Shown in pieces: positions 1-7,592 of a stretch of 59,023 nucleotides of DNA. The notes beneath the pieces are model-generated. The model ran no database searches, was not told the DNA's origin, and saw only the letters and a list, made by a program, of their open reading frames with translations. The translations under genes and the position numbers were made by a program. Within the stretch, counting starts at the first letter, position 1; each line of letters starts with the position of its first letter. This DNA comes from Candidatus Beckwithbacteria bacterium. GTDB taxonomy: Bacteria > Patescibacteriota > Microgenomatia > UBA1400 > CG1-02-47-37. The DNA lies in the NCBI GenBank assembly GCA_026397255.1, contig JAPLVF010000014.1, positions 1-59,023 on the forward strand, in the 5' to 3' direction.

Positions 1-1307
1 TCAGCCGAGGCGACGTTGGGTAAATGATGGTGAATTTTAGTAAATTCTTCCAGGTCGATAGGGGAAAGGAGTTGATAATTAGTATCAAAAACATAGTCAG
101 GAACAAGGAGGTCGACCCCATTAATGGTAACATTGCCGCCATCTTTAATATAAAGACCGTAACCGGCGTTGTCGTAGAGTTTGATGCCGTCGTTGTTGAG
201 AGCCTCGATTTTATTGGTGGTTAGTTTAAGATTGGAAATAACTAATTCATCGTCGACTTGGGCATTTTTAGCCTTGACTTTGAAATCAGGGGAAAAGCCA
301 TAGCTGGTAATACCACCAATCCCCAGGCCGCCGGAGAAAACTAAATAATTATCGACAGAATTGGTAATAGACTCGCCGTAAGCGGAAAAAGTTAAATTGG
401 AGCTAATCGTGGCGTTGCCGGCGACACTTAAGCTGATCACTGAGGCAGACGGATCAAGAAAATAACTTGAGGAATCGCTGTCGATAAATTTATTAGCGTA
501 AAAATTGGCTAAAACTTTTGTGGGTTGGCTGAATAAAACCGGGTAGGCGCTATTCTCATCAATCGTCATAATTGCCTGGTCAGCACTGCCTAAGATTTTA
601 AGAGGCAAGGCGGAGTTGGTGGCCAGAGAAGAATTAAGATTGGCTGATTGGGAAGCGGCTTGATTTAGAGTAACCCAGTCTAACCCGTCAAAATACATGA
701 GGTTGCCGGTAGTTTTATCAACGTACTGGCGGCCGAGCTGATTATCAGGTTTAGCGGAAGGGGCAAATTGAAGAGCGGTAGTTTGAATGACGCCTTCAAC
801 CAGGGCGGAGTTTTTAAGATAAAGATTGCCTTTTTGGTCAAGAAAAGAGAGGGTGCCGGTATCCGAACCGATGGTAATCTGGCCGTTTAAAAAATTGGCT
901 ACCTGAGGCATGGCGATTTGCACATCTTGTTTATTTAAGTCTAGTTGTTGAATGGTCGGAGAAGCGATTTTGGAGGAATTTTGGTAAAAAAGGTAACCAG
1001 CAAGAAATAAAACAATGATTAAAGCGGTTAAGCTTAGAAAGTGAGTGTATTTGGTCCAGAGATTCACACCCGGTGTGTGGACATCCCTGCCTGCGCAGGC
1101 AGGTTTCACTCCGGGAATGGGATTAGGGGCAAGCTGAAGTTTTTTTAACTTCAAAATATCGTCGGGGGAAAAACGGCGCTGATTGCCGGGAGTTCTTTGG
1201 GGAATAAATTTGCCGGATTTTTCCCAGCGCCTAATGGTTTTCGGATGGATCCCTAAAGCTTGGGCAGCGTCTTTAATGCTAAACACTTTTACTCTGGAAA
1301 TGTCCAA
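1..1307 (-). CDS. Membrane-anchored HTH protein: MerR/excisionase-type HTH N-terminus, one TM helix, large beta-rich extracytoplasmic region; C-terminus runs off the left window edge
   Basis: Own translation of the minus strand. It is absent from the ORF track because no stop lies inside the window. Start is TTG 1307 or GTG 1286. Sequence ..VFSIKDAAQALGIHPKTIRRWEKSGKFIPQRTPGNQRRFSPDDI.., then TM FLSLTALIIVLFLAGYLF, then an uninterrupted Gly/Asn/Ser/Thr-rich frame down to position 1. Confidence 0.6.
   Translation of the reverse strand, partial: MDISRVKVFSIKDAAQALGIHPKTIRRWEKSGKFIPQRTPGNQRRFSPDDILKLKKLQLAPNPIPGVKPACAGRDVHTPGVNLWTKYTHFLSLTALIIVLFLAGYLFYQNSSKIASPTIQQLDLNKQDVQIAMPQVANFLNGQITIGSDTGTLSFLDQKGNLYLKNSALVEGVIQTTALQFAPSAKPDNQLGRQYVDKTTGNLMYFDGLDWVTLNQAASQSANLNSSLATNSALPLKILGSADQAIMTIDENSAYPVLFSQPTKVLANFYANKFIDSDSSSYFLDPSASVISLSVAGNATISSNLTFSAYGESITNSVDNYLVFSGGLGIGGITSYGFSPDFKVKAKNAQVDDELVISNLKLTTNKIEALNNDGIKLYDNAGYGLYIKDGGNVTINGVDLLVPDYVFDTNYQLLSPIDLEEFTKIHHHLPNVASA
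1065..1128. repeat. Composite GC-rich palindromic element inside the HTH gene, in-frame (family A copy 1)
   Basis: CACACCCGGTGTGTGGACATC (1065-1085) is identical to 3167-3187. It is followed by the perfect palindrome CCTGCCTGCGCAGGCAGG (1086-1103) and TTTCACTCCGGGAATGGGATTAGG, which is homologous to 3188-3217. Confidence 0.8.
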
Positions 1308-1340
1308 CTTTGTCCATATTTTTAAAAGTTTTCACGATTC

Positions 1341-1369
1341 AGTATGGACTATATGTAAGAAGGTGTCAA
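1341..1369 (-). promoter_or_regulatory. Sigma70-like promoter for the HTH gene (TTGACA-17-CATACT on the minus strand)
   Basis: Minus-strand read is cCTTGACACCTTCttacatatagtcCATACT. The extended -35 CTTGACACCTTC is shared with 5932-5944. Confidence 0.45.
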
Positions 1370-1481
1370 GGTGCTAATAACAGAGGAAAAATACCAATAT
1401 ATTTTGTTATATAAAGTTACATATTGTTATAGTTTATAAATGGTTGAAGAATGAAACTGATAGTGTTAAAGTTAGTTAAGC

Positions 1482-2495
1482 ATGGCTTTAAGTAAAAAAA
1501 TTGGCATTGATTTAGGAACAGCAAATTCGGTGATTTATGTCGAAGGTAAAGGAATTGTGGTACAGGAGCCGACCGTAGTGGCGGTGACTGTGGATGATAA
1601 CCGGGTGGTGGCGGTGGGCAATGAAGCCAAAGAAATGCTGGGCCGGACGCCGGGGTCGATTGCCGCATCGCGGCCGATGCGCGATGGGGTGATTGCCGAT
1701 TACGTGATTACCGAAGCAATGCTCCGGTATTTTATTCAAAAAGTCTGCGGTAAAAGTTGGCTGATCAGACCGGAAGTAATGATTTGTGTGCCGGCCGGCT
1801 GTACTCAAGTGGAGCAGCGGGCGGTGGAAGATGCCACTTACGCGGCCGGAGCCAAAGAAGTTTATATTATCCAGGAGACATTTGCGGCGGCGCTGGGGGC
1901 CGGTATTCCGGTGGGCGAGGCTTCTGGTAATATGGTGGTGGATATGGGCGGTGGTTCGTCTCAGGCGGCAGTAATTTCTTTAGGCGGAGTGGTGGTGGCG
2001 AAAAGTGTCCGGGTTTCCGGCAATGCCTTAGATGATGCGATTGCCCTTTATTTGCGAAAAAAACACGGAATTATTATCGGCGAACAGACAGCAGAAGAGA
2101 TTAAATTAAATATAGGCAGAGCTTTAATGAGTGAAACTGATAATTTGAAGCCAATGTTGGTTAAAGGCAGAGACAGCATTCAGGGTTTGCCGAAAACGGT
2201 CGAGGTGGGTCCGGAAGAAATTGAAGAGGCGATGCGACCGAAAATCAACCAAATTGTGGGAATGATTAAAACAGTTTTGGAGGAAATTCCGCCGGAATTG
2301 GCCTCGGACATTATCGATAAGGGGATTGTAATGGTGGGGGGAACCTCGCTTTTGAAAAATTTTGACAAATTATTGACCAAAGAAACCGGTGTGCCCTGCC
2401 ATGTGGCCGAGGAACCACTGTTGGCTGTGGTTAAAGGAACGGGAATTGCTCTGGAGAATCTGGATTTATACAAGCGGGCAGTCAGCCGGAGATAA
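1482..2495 (+). CDS. mreB: Rod-shape determining actin homolog MreB (copy 1)
   Basis: IGIDLGTANSVIYV, DMGGGSSQAAVISLGG and MVGGTSLL actin-fold phosphate/adenosine motifs over the full 337 aa. Confidence 0.9.
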   Translation: MALSKKIGIDLGTANSVIYVEGKGIVVQEPTVVAVTVDDNRVVAVGNEAKEMLGRTPGSIAASRPMRDGVIADYVITEAMLRYFIQKVCGKSWLIRPEVMICVPAGCTQVEQRAVEDATYAAGAKEVYIIQETFAAALGAGIPVGEASGNMVVDMGGGSSQAAVISLGGVVVAKSVRVSGNALDDAIALYLRKKHGIIIGEQTAEEIKLNIGRALMSETDNLKPMLVKGRDSIQGLPKTVEVGPEEIEEAMRPKINQIVGMIKTVLEEIPPELASDIIDKGIVMVGGTSLLKNFDKLLTKETGVPCHVAEEPLLAVVKGTGIALENLDLYKRAVSRR

Positions 2496-2496
2496 A

Positions 2497-3642
2497 ATGT
2501 TAATCGGTATTGATGCGTCGCGGGCGTTTGGAAAAGACAAAACCGGTACGGAAAATTACTCTAAAGAAATAATTGAGGCGATTTTAAAATTGCCGGAGGC
2601 AAAAAAACATGAATTTATTTTATATGTAAGAAATCCCATAAGGTCCGACCTTGCAGGACTGCAAGGTCGGACCTTGCAGGTAAAAGAAATTAACTGGAAG
2701 ATGTTGTGGACGCAGGGAGGGTTGGCATTAGAGCTTCTTAAAAATCCGGTCGAGGTTTTATGGGTGCCGGCGCATACATTGCCGGTTATCAGAAATCCTA
2801 AAATTAAAACTGTGGTGACGATTCACGGCTTGGAGTATGAGTTTTTACCCCAGTATTATCAGTTTCCCCAGAAATTATGGCTGAATAAGTCAACGGAATA
2901 CGCGGTCAAACAGGCTGACAGATTAATTGCGGTGTCAGCGTGGACAAAAAAACAATTAGCGGCAAGGTTGGGAGCGGATGAGAAAAAAATTACGGTAATT
3001 CACGAAGGGATAAGCCCTAAATTTATTAATAGGCAGTTTAGCGGCGAATATTTAAGACAGATTAGATACAAATACTCTTTGCCGGGAAAATACATTTTGT
3101 TTGTGGGTACAGTCCAGCCGAGGAAGAATTTAGTCAGGTTAATTGAGGCGTTTTCAAAATTAATCACACACCCGGTGTGTGGACATCTTCCACACCGGGT
3201 GTGGAATGGGGATTTGGTCATAGTCGGGAAATTGGGATGGATGTATGAGGAGATTTTGGCGGCACCAAAAAAATATAAAGTGGAAAAAAGAGTGAAATTT
3301 ATCGGCCGGGTGGCCGAAGCGGATTTGGCCGCGGTCTATAAAATGGCCCAAGTGTTTGTCTACCCGAGTTTAATGGAGGGATTTGGTTTGCCGATTTTAG
3401 AGGCTTTGGCTTTAGGCATACCGGTAATTACCTCTGATCGGGGAGCGTTGCCGGAGGTAGCCGGGGAAGGGGCCTTAATCATTAACCCGGAAAAAACAGA
3501 AGAAATTACTCAGGCGATTCGCTTGGTTTTAGAAAACGATGAATTGAGGCAGGGATTGATTGAAAAAGGTTTACGCCAGGTAAAGCAGTTTTCTTGGGAA
3601 AAGGCGGCCCGGGAAACTCTGGAAATTTTAACAGATTGGTGA
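2497..3642 (+). CDS. Glycosyltransferase, GT-B fold (family 4/GT1-like)
   Basis: ATG at 2497 lies 1 nt after the mreB stop; the track start at 2389 overlaps mreB and is rejected. C-terminal YPSLMEGFGLPILEALALGIPVITSD.GALPEV is the typical EX7E region. Confidence 0.85.
   Translation: MLIGIDASRAFGKDKTGTENYSKEIIEAILKLPEAKKHEFILYVRNPIRSDLAGLQGRTLQVKEINWKMLWTQGGLALELLKNPVEVLWVPAHTLPVIRNPKIKTVVTIHGLEYEFLPQYYQFPQKLWLNKSTEYAVKQADRLIAVSAWTKKQLAARLGADEKKITVIHEGISPKFINRQFSGEYLRQIRYKYSLPGKYILFVGTVQPRKNLVRLIEAFSKLITHPVCGHLPHRVWNGDLVIVGKLGWMYEEILAAPKKYKVEKRVKFIGRVAEADLAAVYKMAQVFVYPSLMEGFGLPILEALALGIPVITSDRGALPEVAGEGALIINPEKTEEITQAIRLVLENDELRQGLIEKGLRQVKQFSWEKAARETLEILTDW
2640..2680. repeat. In-frame palindromic element (family B copy 1)
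   Basis: AAGGTCCGACCTTGCAG-GA-CTGCAAGGTCGGACCTT is a perfect 17+17 inverted repeat. It encodes ..IRSDLAGLQGRTLQ.. within the glycosyltransferase. Confidence 0.8.
3167..3217. repeat. In-frame palindromic element (family A copy 2)
   Basis: CACACCCGGTGTGTGGACATC plus the palindrome TTCCACACCGGGTGTGGAA plus TGGGGATTTGG. It encodes THPVCGHLPHRVWNG between the conserved LIEAFSKL and LVIVGK segments. Confidence 0.8.
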
Positions 3643-3656
3643 TAAAATAAGAGCTA

Positions 3657-5000
3657 GTGAGTAAATTAACTTCGATAAATCCAGTAAACGGCGAGATTTT
3701 AGGTGCGGTGAAAATCGCGACTAAAGCAGACATTGAAGAAGCAGTGAGAAAAGCCAAAATTGGTTTTGAGAAATGGCGAGGTGAAGCTTTGGAAAAACGG
3801 GGGAAAATTTTGCTAAAAGCGGCGGAATTAATTAAGAAAAATGCCAAAATTTTAGCCAAACAGATTAGTTTAGAAATGGGCAAGCCGTTAACAGAGGCGG
3901 AAGACGAGGTGAATGGGGGGATAAATGATGTTAAGAATGCGGTTAAATTCGGATTAAAAGTTTTAGCGGATGAGGTTTTAGTTCCCAAAACCAGTTGGCT
4001 GAAATATGATCCGGTCGGGGTGGTGACCCTGATTAAACCCTGGAATTATCCCTTGGATACCCCAATGATGGCTTTAGCGCCGGCTTTAATGGCGGGCAAC
4101 AGCGTGATTTTAAAGCCATCGGAATATGTACCGCTGGTAACCGATATGTGGGTGAAATTATTATGGCAGGCTGGCGTACCTGCCGATGTGTTGCAAGTGT
4201 TGCACGGCCGGGCTTTAGTCGGCCAAATGCTGGTGGATAGCCCAATTGATATGGTCAGTTTTACCGGTTCGACTGTAGTTGGCCAGGAAATTGCCAATAA
4301 ATGCAGTGCCCGGTTAATTAAATTTGTTTTGGAAATGGGTGGAAGTTCACCGGCAATTGTTTGTGCTGACGCGGATTTGGAAAAAACAGCCGAAAAAATT
4401 GTTCATGGCCGGTTTGATAACTGCGGTCAGATTTGTTGTGCCATCAAACGGGTATTTGTGGAGAAAAAAGTTTATAACAAATTAATAAAATTATTAAGTG
4501 AAAAAATTAAAAAATTAGAGTTGCAGCCGTTAGTGAGTGAAGTCCAGCTAAAGAAATTTGAACAGCAAATCACCCGGGGGATAATTCAAGGCGGTCGGAT
4601 AATTGTCGGGGGCCGGAGACTGCGGGACGAAAAACATATTAAGGGTTATTTTCACGAGCCGACGTTAATGATCCATGTGAATAATAAGATGGAAATTATG
4701 CGGCAGGAAACTTTCGGGCCGGTGCTGCCGGTGATGGAGGTGGAGAGCTTTGATCAGGCAATTAAGCTGGCGAATGATTCTGATTATGGTCTAACGGCAA
4801 CGGTGTTTACCAAAGCCAAAGAAAAAATCGCTAAGGCCCAAAAAGAGTTGGTGGCCGGGTCAGTGTATATTAATACGACTTTTGCTTGTCCGGTTGGTTC
4901 GCCGTGGACGGGTTTAAAAAAATCCGGTTTCGGCACTGAAGGCGGCAAGCACGGGATTTGGGAGTTTGTTCATAAAAAGCACTGGTATGTTGAGCGTTAA
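3657..5000 (+). CDS. NAD(P)-dependent aldehyde dehydrogenase family protein
   Basis: FTGSTVVG, LEMGGSSPAIV, NCGQICCAIKR (catalytic Cys region) and QETFGPV motifs. GTG start. Confidence 0.85.
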   Translation: MSKLTSINPVNGEILGAVKIATKADIEEAVRKAKIGFEKWRGEALEKRGKILLKAAELIKKNAKILAKQISLEMGKPLTEAEDEVNGGINDVKNAVKFGLKVLADEVLVPKTSWLKYDPVGVVTLIKPWNYPLDTPMMALAPALMAGNSVILKPSEYVPLVTDMWVKLLWQAGVPADVLQVLHGRALVGQMLVDSPIDMVSFTGSTVVGQEIANKCSARLIKFVLEMGGSSPAIVCADADLEKTAEKIVHGRFDNCGQICCAIKRVFVEKKVYNKLIKLLSEKIKKLELQPLVSEVQLKKFEQQITRGIIQGGRIIVGGRRLRDEKHIKGYFHEPTLMIHVNNKMEIMRQETFGPVLPVMEVESFDQAIKLANDSDYGLTATVFTKAKEKIAKAQKELVAGSVYINTTFACPVGSPWTGLKKSGFGTEGGKHGIWEFVHKKHWYVER

Positions 5001-5655
5001 AATTCTGGGAGTAAGGGTGGATAGAGCGAGCTTAGAGGAGGCAGTGGAGTTGGTCGGTAGATGGGTAAGGCAAGATAAAAAAAGATATATTGCGACTATA
5101 AATCCCGAGTTTGTGATGTTGGCCCAGAAAGATGAGGAATTTAAAAAAATCTTAAATCAGGCGGATTTGGCAATCTGCGACGGAATCGGATTAGCGTGGG
5201 CCATAAAAAGGTCAGACCTTACAAGGTCTGACCTTTTAAGAGTTACGGGTACGGATTTGATGCTGGCATTAATTAAAAAAGGTTATAAAACGGTTTTAAC
5301 CGGTGGTTTTAATAAAGTGGCGGAAAAGGCCGGTAAAAAACTGGGGGTAGTTGGTATGAGCGAACCCAATGTGGCAGAAATTAATAAAATTAAGCCGGAT
5401 TTGCTGTTTGTGGCTTTGGGGATGGGAAAACAGGAGAAATGGATTGTTCACAATTTACCCAAATTAAAAGTTAAGGTAGCGATGGGGGTGGGTGGGGCGC
5501 TGGACCAAGTGGTGAAGCCGTGGTTAAGAGCACCCTTACGGGTGCAAGCGCTTGGGTTGGAATGGCTGTGGCGGTTGATGGTTCAGCCGTGGCGGATAAA
5601 AAGACAGTTAGCGCTAGTTAAGTTTATTAAATTATTTTTCCTGGATACCCAATAA
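4987..5655 (+). CDS. WecB/TagA/CpsF-family glycosyltransferase
   Basis: MLSVKILGVRVD...ATINPEFVM...ADLAICDGIGL...FVALGMGKQEKW is the family pattern. The ATG at 4987 overlaps the ALDH stop. Confidence 0.8.
   Translation: MLSVKILGVRVDRASLEEAVELVGRWVRQDKKRYIATINPEFVMLAQKDEEFKKILNQADLAICDGIGLAWAIKRSDLTRSDLLRVTGTDLMLALIKKGYKTVLTGGFNKVAEKAGKKLGVVGMSEPNVAEINKIKPDLLFVALGMGKQEKWIVHNLPKLKVKVAMGVGGALDQVVKPWLRAPLRVQALGLEWLWRLMVQPWRIKRQLALVKFIKLFFLDTQ
5206..5237. repeat. In-frame palindromic element (family B copy 2)
   Basis: AAAAGGTCAGACCTT-AC-AAGGTCTGACCTTTT encodes ..KRSDLTRSDLLR.. It has the same CCATAA..AGGTCNGACCTT context and the same reading frame as 2640-2680. Confidence 0.8.
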
Positions 5656-5871
5656 CCACAGAACAGCTTCTTTTTTGTAGCGGCGGTCGCCGCGGGAGTT
5701 GATACGGATGGCCGGCAGTTTGCCGCGTTTACCCCAGCGTTTGATGGTGAGTGGAGAGACACGTAAGAGTTCGGCCACTTCCCGGACAGTCAATAAATCC
5801 GGCAAAGATTCTAGAGAAATTTTAGCTTTTTGAGGCAGAGGTTTATCTTGTGATATATTTTGATTGTCCAT
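5632..5871 (-). CDS. Small excisionase/MerR-type HTH DNA-binding protein
   Basis: LLTVREVAELLRVSPLTIKRWGKRGKLPAIRINSRGDRRYKKE is an HTH_17-type motif. Confidence 0.7.
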   Translation of the reverse strand: MDNQNISQDKPLPQKAKISLESLPDLLTVREVAELLRVSPLTIKRWGKRGKLPAIRINSRGDRRYKKEAVLWLLGIQEK

Positions 5872-5914
5872 TGTCTGTTCAAAAGCAGTCTAATTACTAC
5901 TCAAACCATAATCA

Positions 5915-5943
5915 ATATATCAAAGAGGATGGGAAGGTGTCAA
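5915..5943 (-). promoter_or_regulatory. Sigma70-like promoter (TTGACA-17-ATATAT) for the 5632-5871 HTH gene
   Basis: Minus-strand read is aCTTGACACCTTCccatcctctttgATATAT, directly downstream of the rplL stop. Confidence 0.45.
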
Positions 5944-5949
5944 GTAGAG

Positions 5950-6348
5950 TTATTTGAGCTCTACCTGAGCGCCAGCGGCTGTAAGTTTTTTCTTAGCAGC
6001 TTCGGCCTCTTCTTTCTTAAAAGTGCCGATTTCTTTCGGAGCGGCTTCAGCTAAGTCTTTAGCTTCTTTTAGACCTAAGGCTTGGTTGATTTCTCTTAAA
6101 GCCTTGATAACGCCGATTTTGTTGGCGCCAGCAGAGGCGAGAACAACCTGGTATTCGCTTTTTTCTTCAGCAGCCGCAGGAGCGCCTGCGGGAGCGGCGG
6201 GGCCAGCCTGCGCTAAAGCTATGGCTGGTGAAGCAGAAACACCAAATTTTTCCTCAAGAGCCTTAACTAAATCAGCTAATTCCAAAACGGAAAGTTTTTC
6301 GACTTCTTCGATGATTTTGGTTAATTTGGCAGAAAGTTTGTCTGTCAT
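5950..6348 (-). CDS. rplL: 50S ribosomal protein L7/L12
   Basis: [19 protein letters not shown], an Ala/Pro hinge and [19 protein letters not shown]. Confidence 0.95.
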   Translation of the reverse strand: MTDKLSAKLTKIIEEVEKLSVLELADLVKALEEKFGVSASPAIALAQAGPAAPAGAPAAAEEKSEYQVVLASAGANKIGVIKALREINQALGLKEAKDLAEAAPKEIGTFKKEEAEAAKKKLTAAGAQVELK

Positions 6349-6878
6349 TTAGATTTCACCCCCTTGTCCGCCTTAACCTTGGCGATGGCGGATATCGCAT
6401 AAACTAATTTTCTAATGTTACCGGCCAGAACGTTAACAATACCGTAAAGCGGGGATTTAAGCGTGCCGACGGTTTTGGCCAGAAGTTCGACTTTGGTGGG
6501 CAAGCTGGCTAATTGATTAACCTGGGTGTCAGTTAAGGGCTTTTTAGCCAAAAAGCCCAGTTTGATTTTCGGCAGTTCGTTGGTTTTGGCAAATTCGGCT
6601 AGGACTTTTATTGGGGCAATTTCGTCTTCGTAGGCGAAAAGTATCATGACCGGTCCGGTAAGACTGGCGGGGAGGGAGTATTTTTCTGCTTTTAAAGCCA
6701 GAGAAATGAGGCTGTTTTTGGCGACGATTAGTTCGGCGTTAACGGCCTTGACCTGATTTCTTAATTGGCGCTGTTGATTAACGGTTAAACCACGGTAATC
6801 GGACAAAACAACAGATTTAGATTTTTGGAGTTTTTCGGCAAGGGTTGAAACAGTAGTAAGATTTTGTTGACTTGGCAT
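6345..6878 (-). CDS. rplJ: 50S ribosomal protein L10
   Basis: Position upstream of rplL with an ATGA-type overlap, plus the [14 protein letters not shown] motif. Confidence 0.9.
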   Translation of the reverse strand: MPSQQNLTTVSTLAEKLQKSKSVVLSDYRGLTVNQQRQLRNQVKAVNAELIVAKNSLISLALKAEKYSLPASLTGPVMILFAYEDEIAPIKVLAEFAKTNELPKIKLGFLAKKPLTDTQVNQLASLPTKVELLAKTVGTLKSPLYGIVNVLAGNIRKLVYAISAIAKVKADKGVKSK

Positions 6879-6931
6879 AGTTTCCTCGACAAGACTTATT
6901 TTAGCGCTTGTTGTCTTAGGACAAAGCTGAT

Positions 6932-6959
6932 TTTATAACTATTGATTAACTGGTGTCAA
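6932..6959 (-). promoter_or_regulatory. Candidate rplJL promoter (TTGACA-16-TATAAA, minus strand)
   Basis: Minus-strand read is ccaTTGACAccagttaatcaatagtTATAAA. The TTGTC-TTAG-GACAA hairpin (6910-6923) lies in the downstream leader. Confidence 0.35.
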
Positions 6960-6970
6960 TGGCCTATAAT
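6942..6970 (+). promoter_or_regulatory. Sigma70-like promoter TTGATT-17-TATAAT, 7 nt upstream of ATG 6978 (leaderless prediction)
   Basis: TTGATT at 6942-6947, TATAAT at 6965-6970, ATG at 6978. Confidence 0.5.
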
Positions 6971-6977
6971 TAGTAAT

Positions 6978-7592
6978 ATGACGCAAATTGAAAAAGAGCA
7001 ATGGCAAGATCAACTATCAGATGATCGGATGCTGTATTGGTATAAAGTGCCGAGTGAAACAGGTTTAGTTAGTTATTGGATTAATTTAATTAAAAGGGGT
7101 CAGTCTAAAGAATCAGTTCCGAGCTTACTTTTATCGGTTGATGAAAAGACAAGAACGATAATAAGTCTTGTTCTTACCAGTCAGGACAAGAACATAGTTT
7201 TAGGCTTTGATGGGGTTGGTGATCCGACGCACGTTTCGATTATGACTGATTCTCGGATTTTTAATCTAAGCTATAATCTTTTGACAGGTGGAGTTGATTA
7301 TAGAATGCCCAATGTTGGTTATTATTTAACAGATGAAACTAATGGTCATGTAATTCGGGATGTAGAGGGAAATAATTATTGCCTGGGTTTGGAATGGTTA
7401 AGCGATCAAACAATGATGACGGGGAGTGATTCGTGGAAAGATGAGTATTTAAAGATTGTAATTAAACCTTTATCAATGGACCAATTATTAGTTTTTTCGC
7501 CACATAACTGGGGAAAATCAGATAAAGCAGAATCAGTGGTGAGGATAATGGAGCGGGTAATGAGCGAAAGAATTATTCCAGTTGCAGTTTAA
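6978..7592 (+). CDS. Hypothetical protein (204 aa) inserted on the opposite strand between rplJ and rplA
   Basis: Long open frame. The ATG at 6978 (MTQIEKEQW...) fits the promoter above. I recognise no motif. Confidence 0.5.
   Translation: MTQIEKEQWQDQLSDDRMLYWYKVPSETGLVSYWINLIKRGQSKESVPSLLLSVDEKTRTIISLVLTSQDKNIVLGFDGVGDPTHVSIMTDSRIFNLSYNLLTGGVDYRMPNVGYYLTDETNGHVIRDVEGNNYCLGLEWLSDQTMMTGSDSWKDEYLKIVIKPLSMDQLLVFSPHNWGKSDKAESVVRIMERVMSERIIPVAV

Noticed and set aside
24-1377. Plus-strand ORFs 24-224 and 1183-1377 from the track
   Set aside because: They lie antisense to a much longer uninterrupted minus-strand frame (1-1307) that has a clear HTH motif and TM helix. They are typical shadow ORFs.
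2389-2496. N-terminal 36 codons of the 2389-3642 ORF overlapping the mreB 3' end
   Set aside because: The glycosyltransferase homology begins at MLIGIDASR (ATG 2497), directly after the mreB stop. The upstream part is mreB read in another frame.
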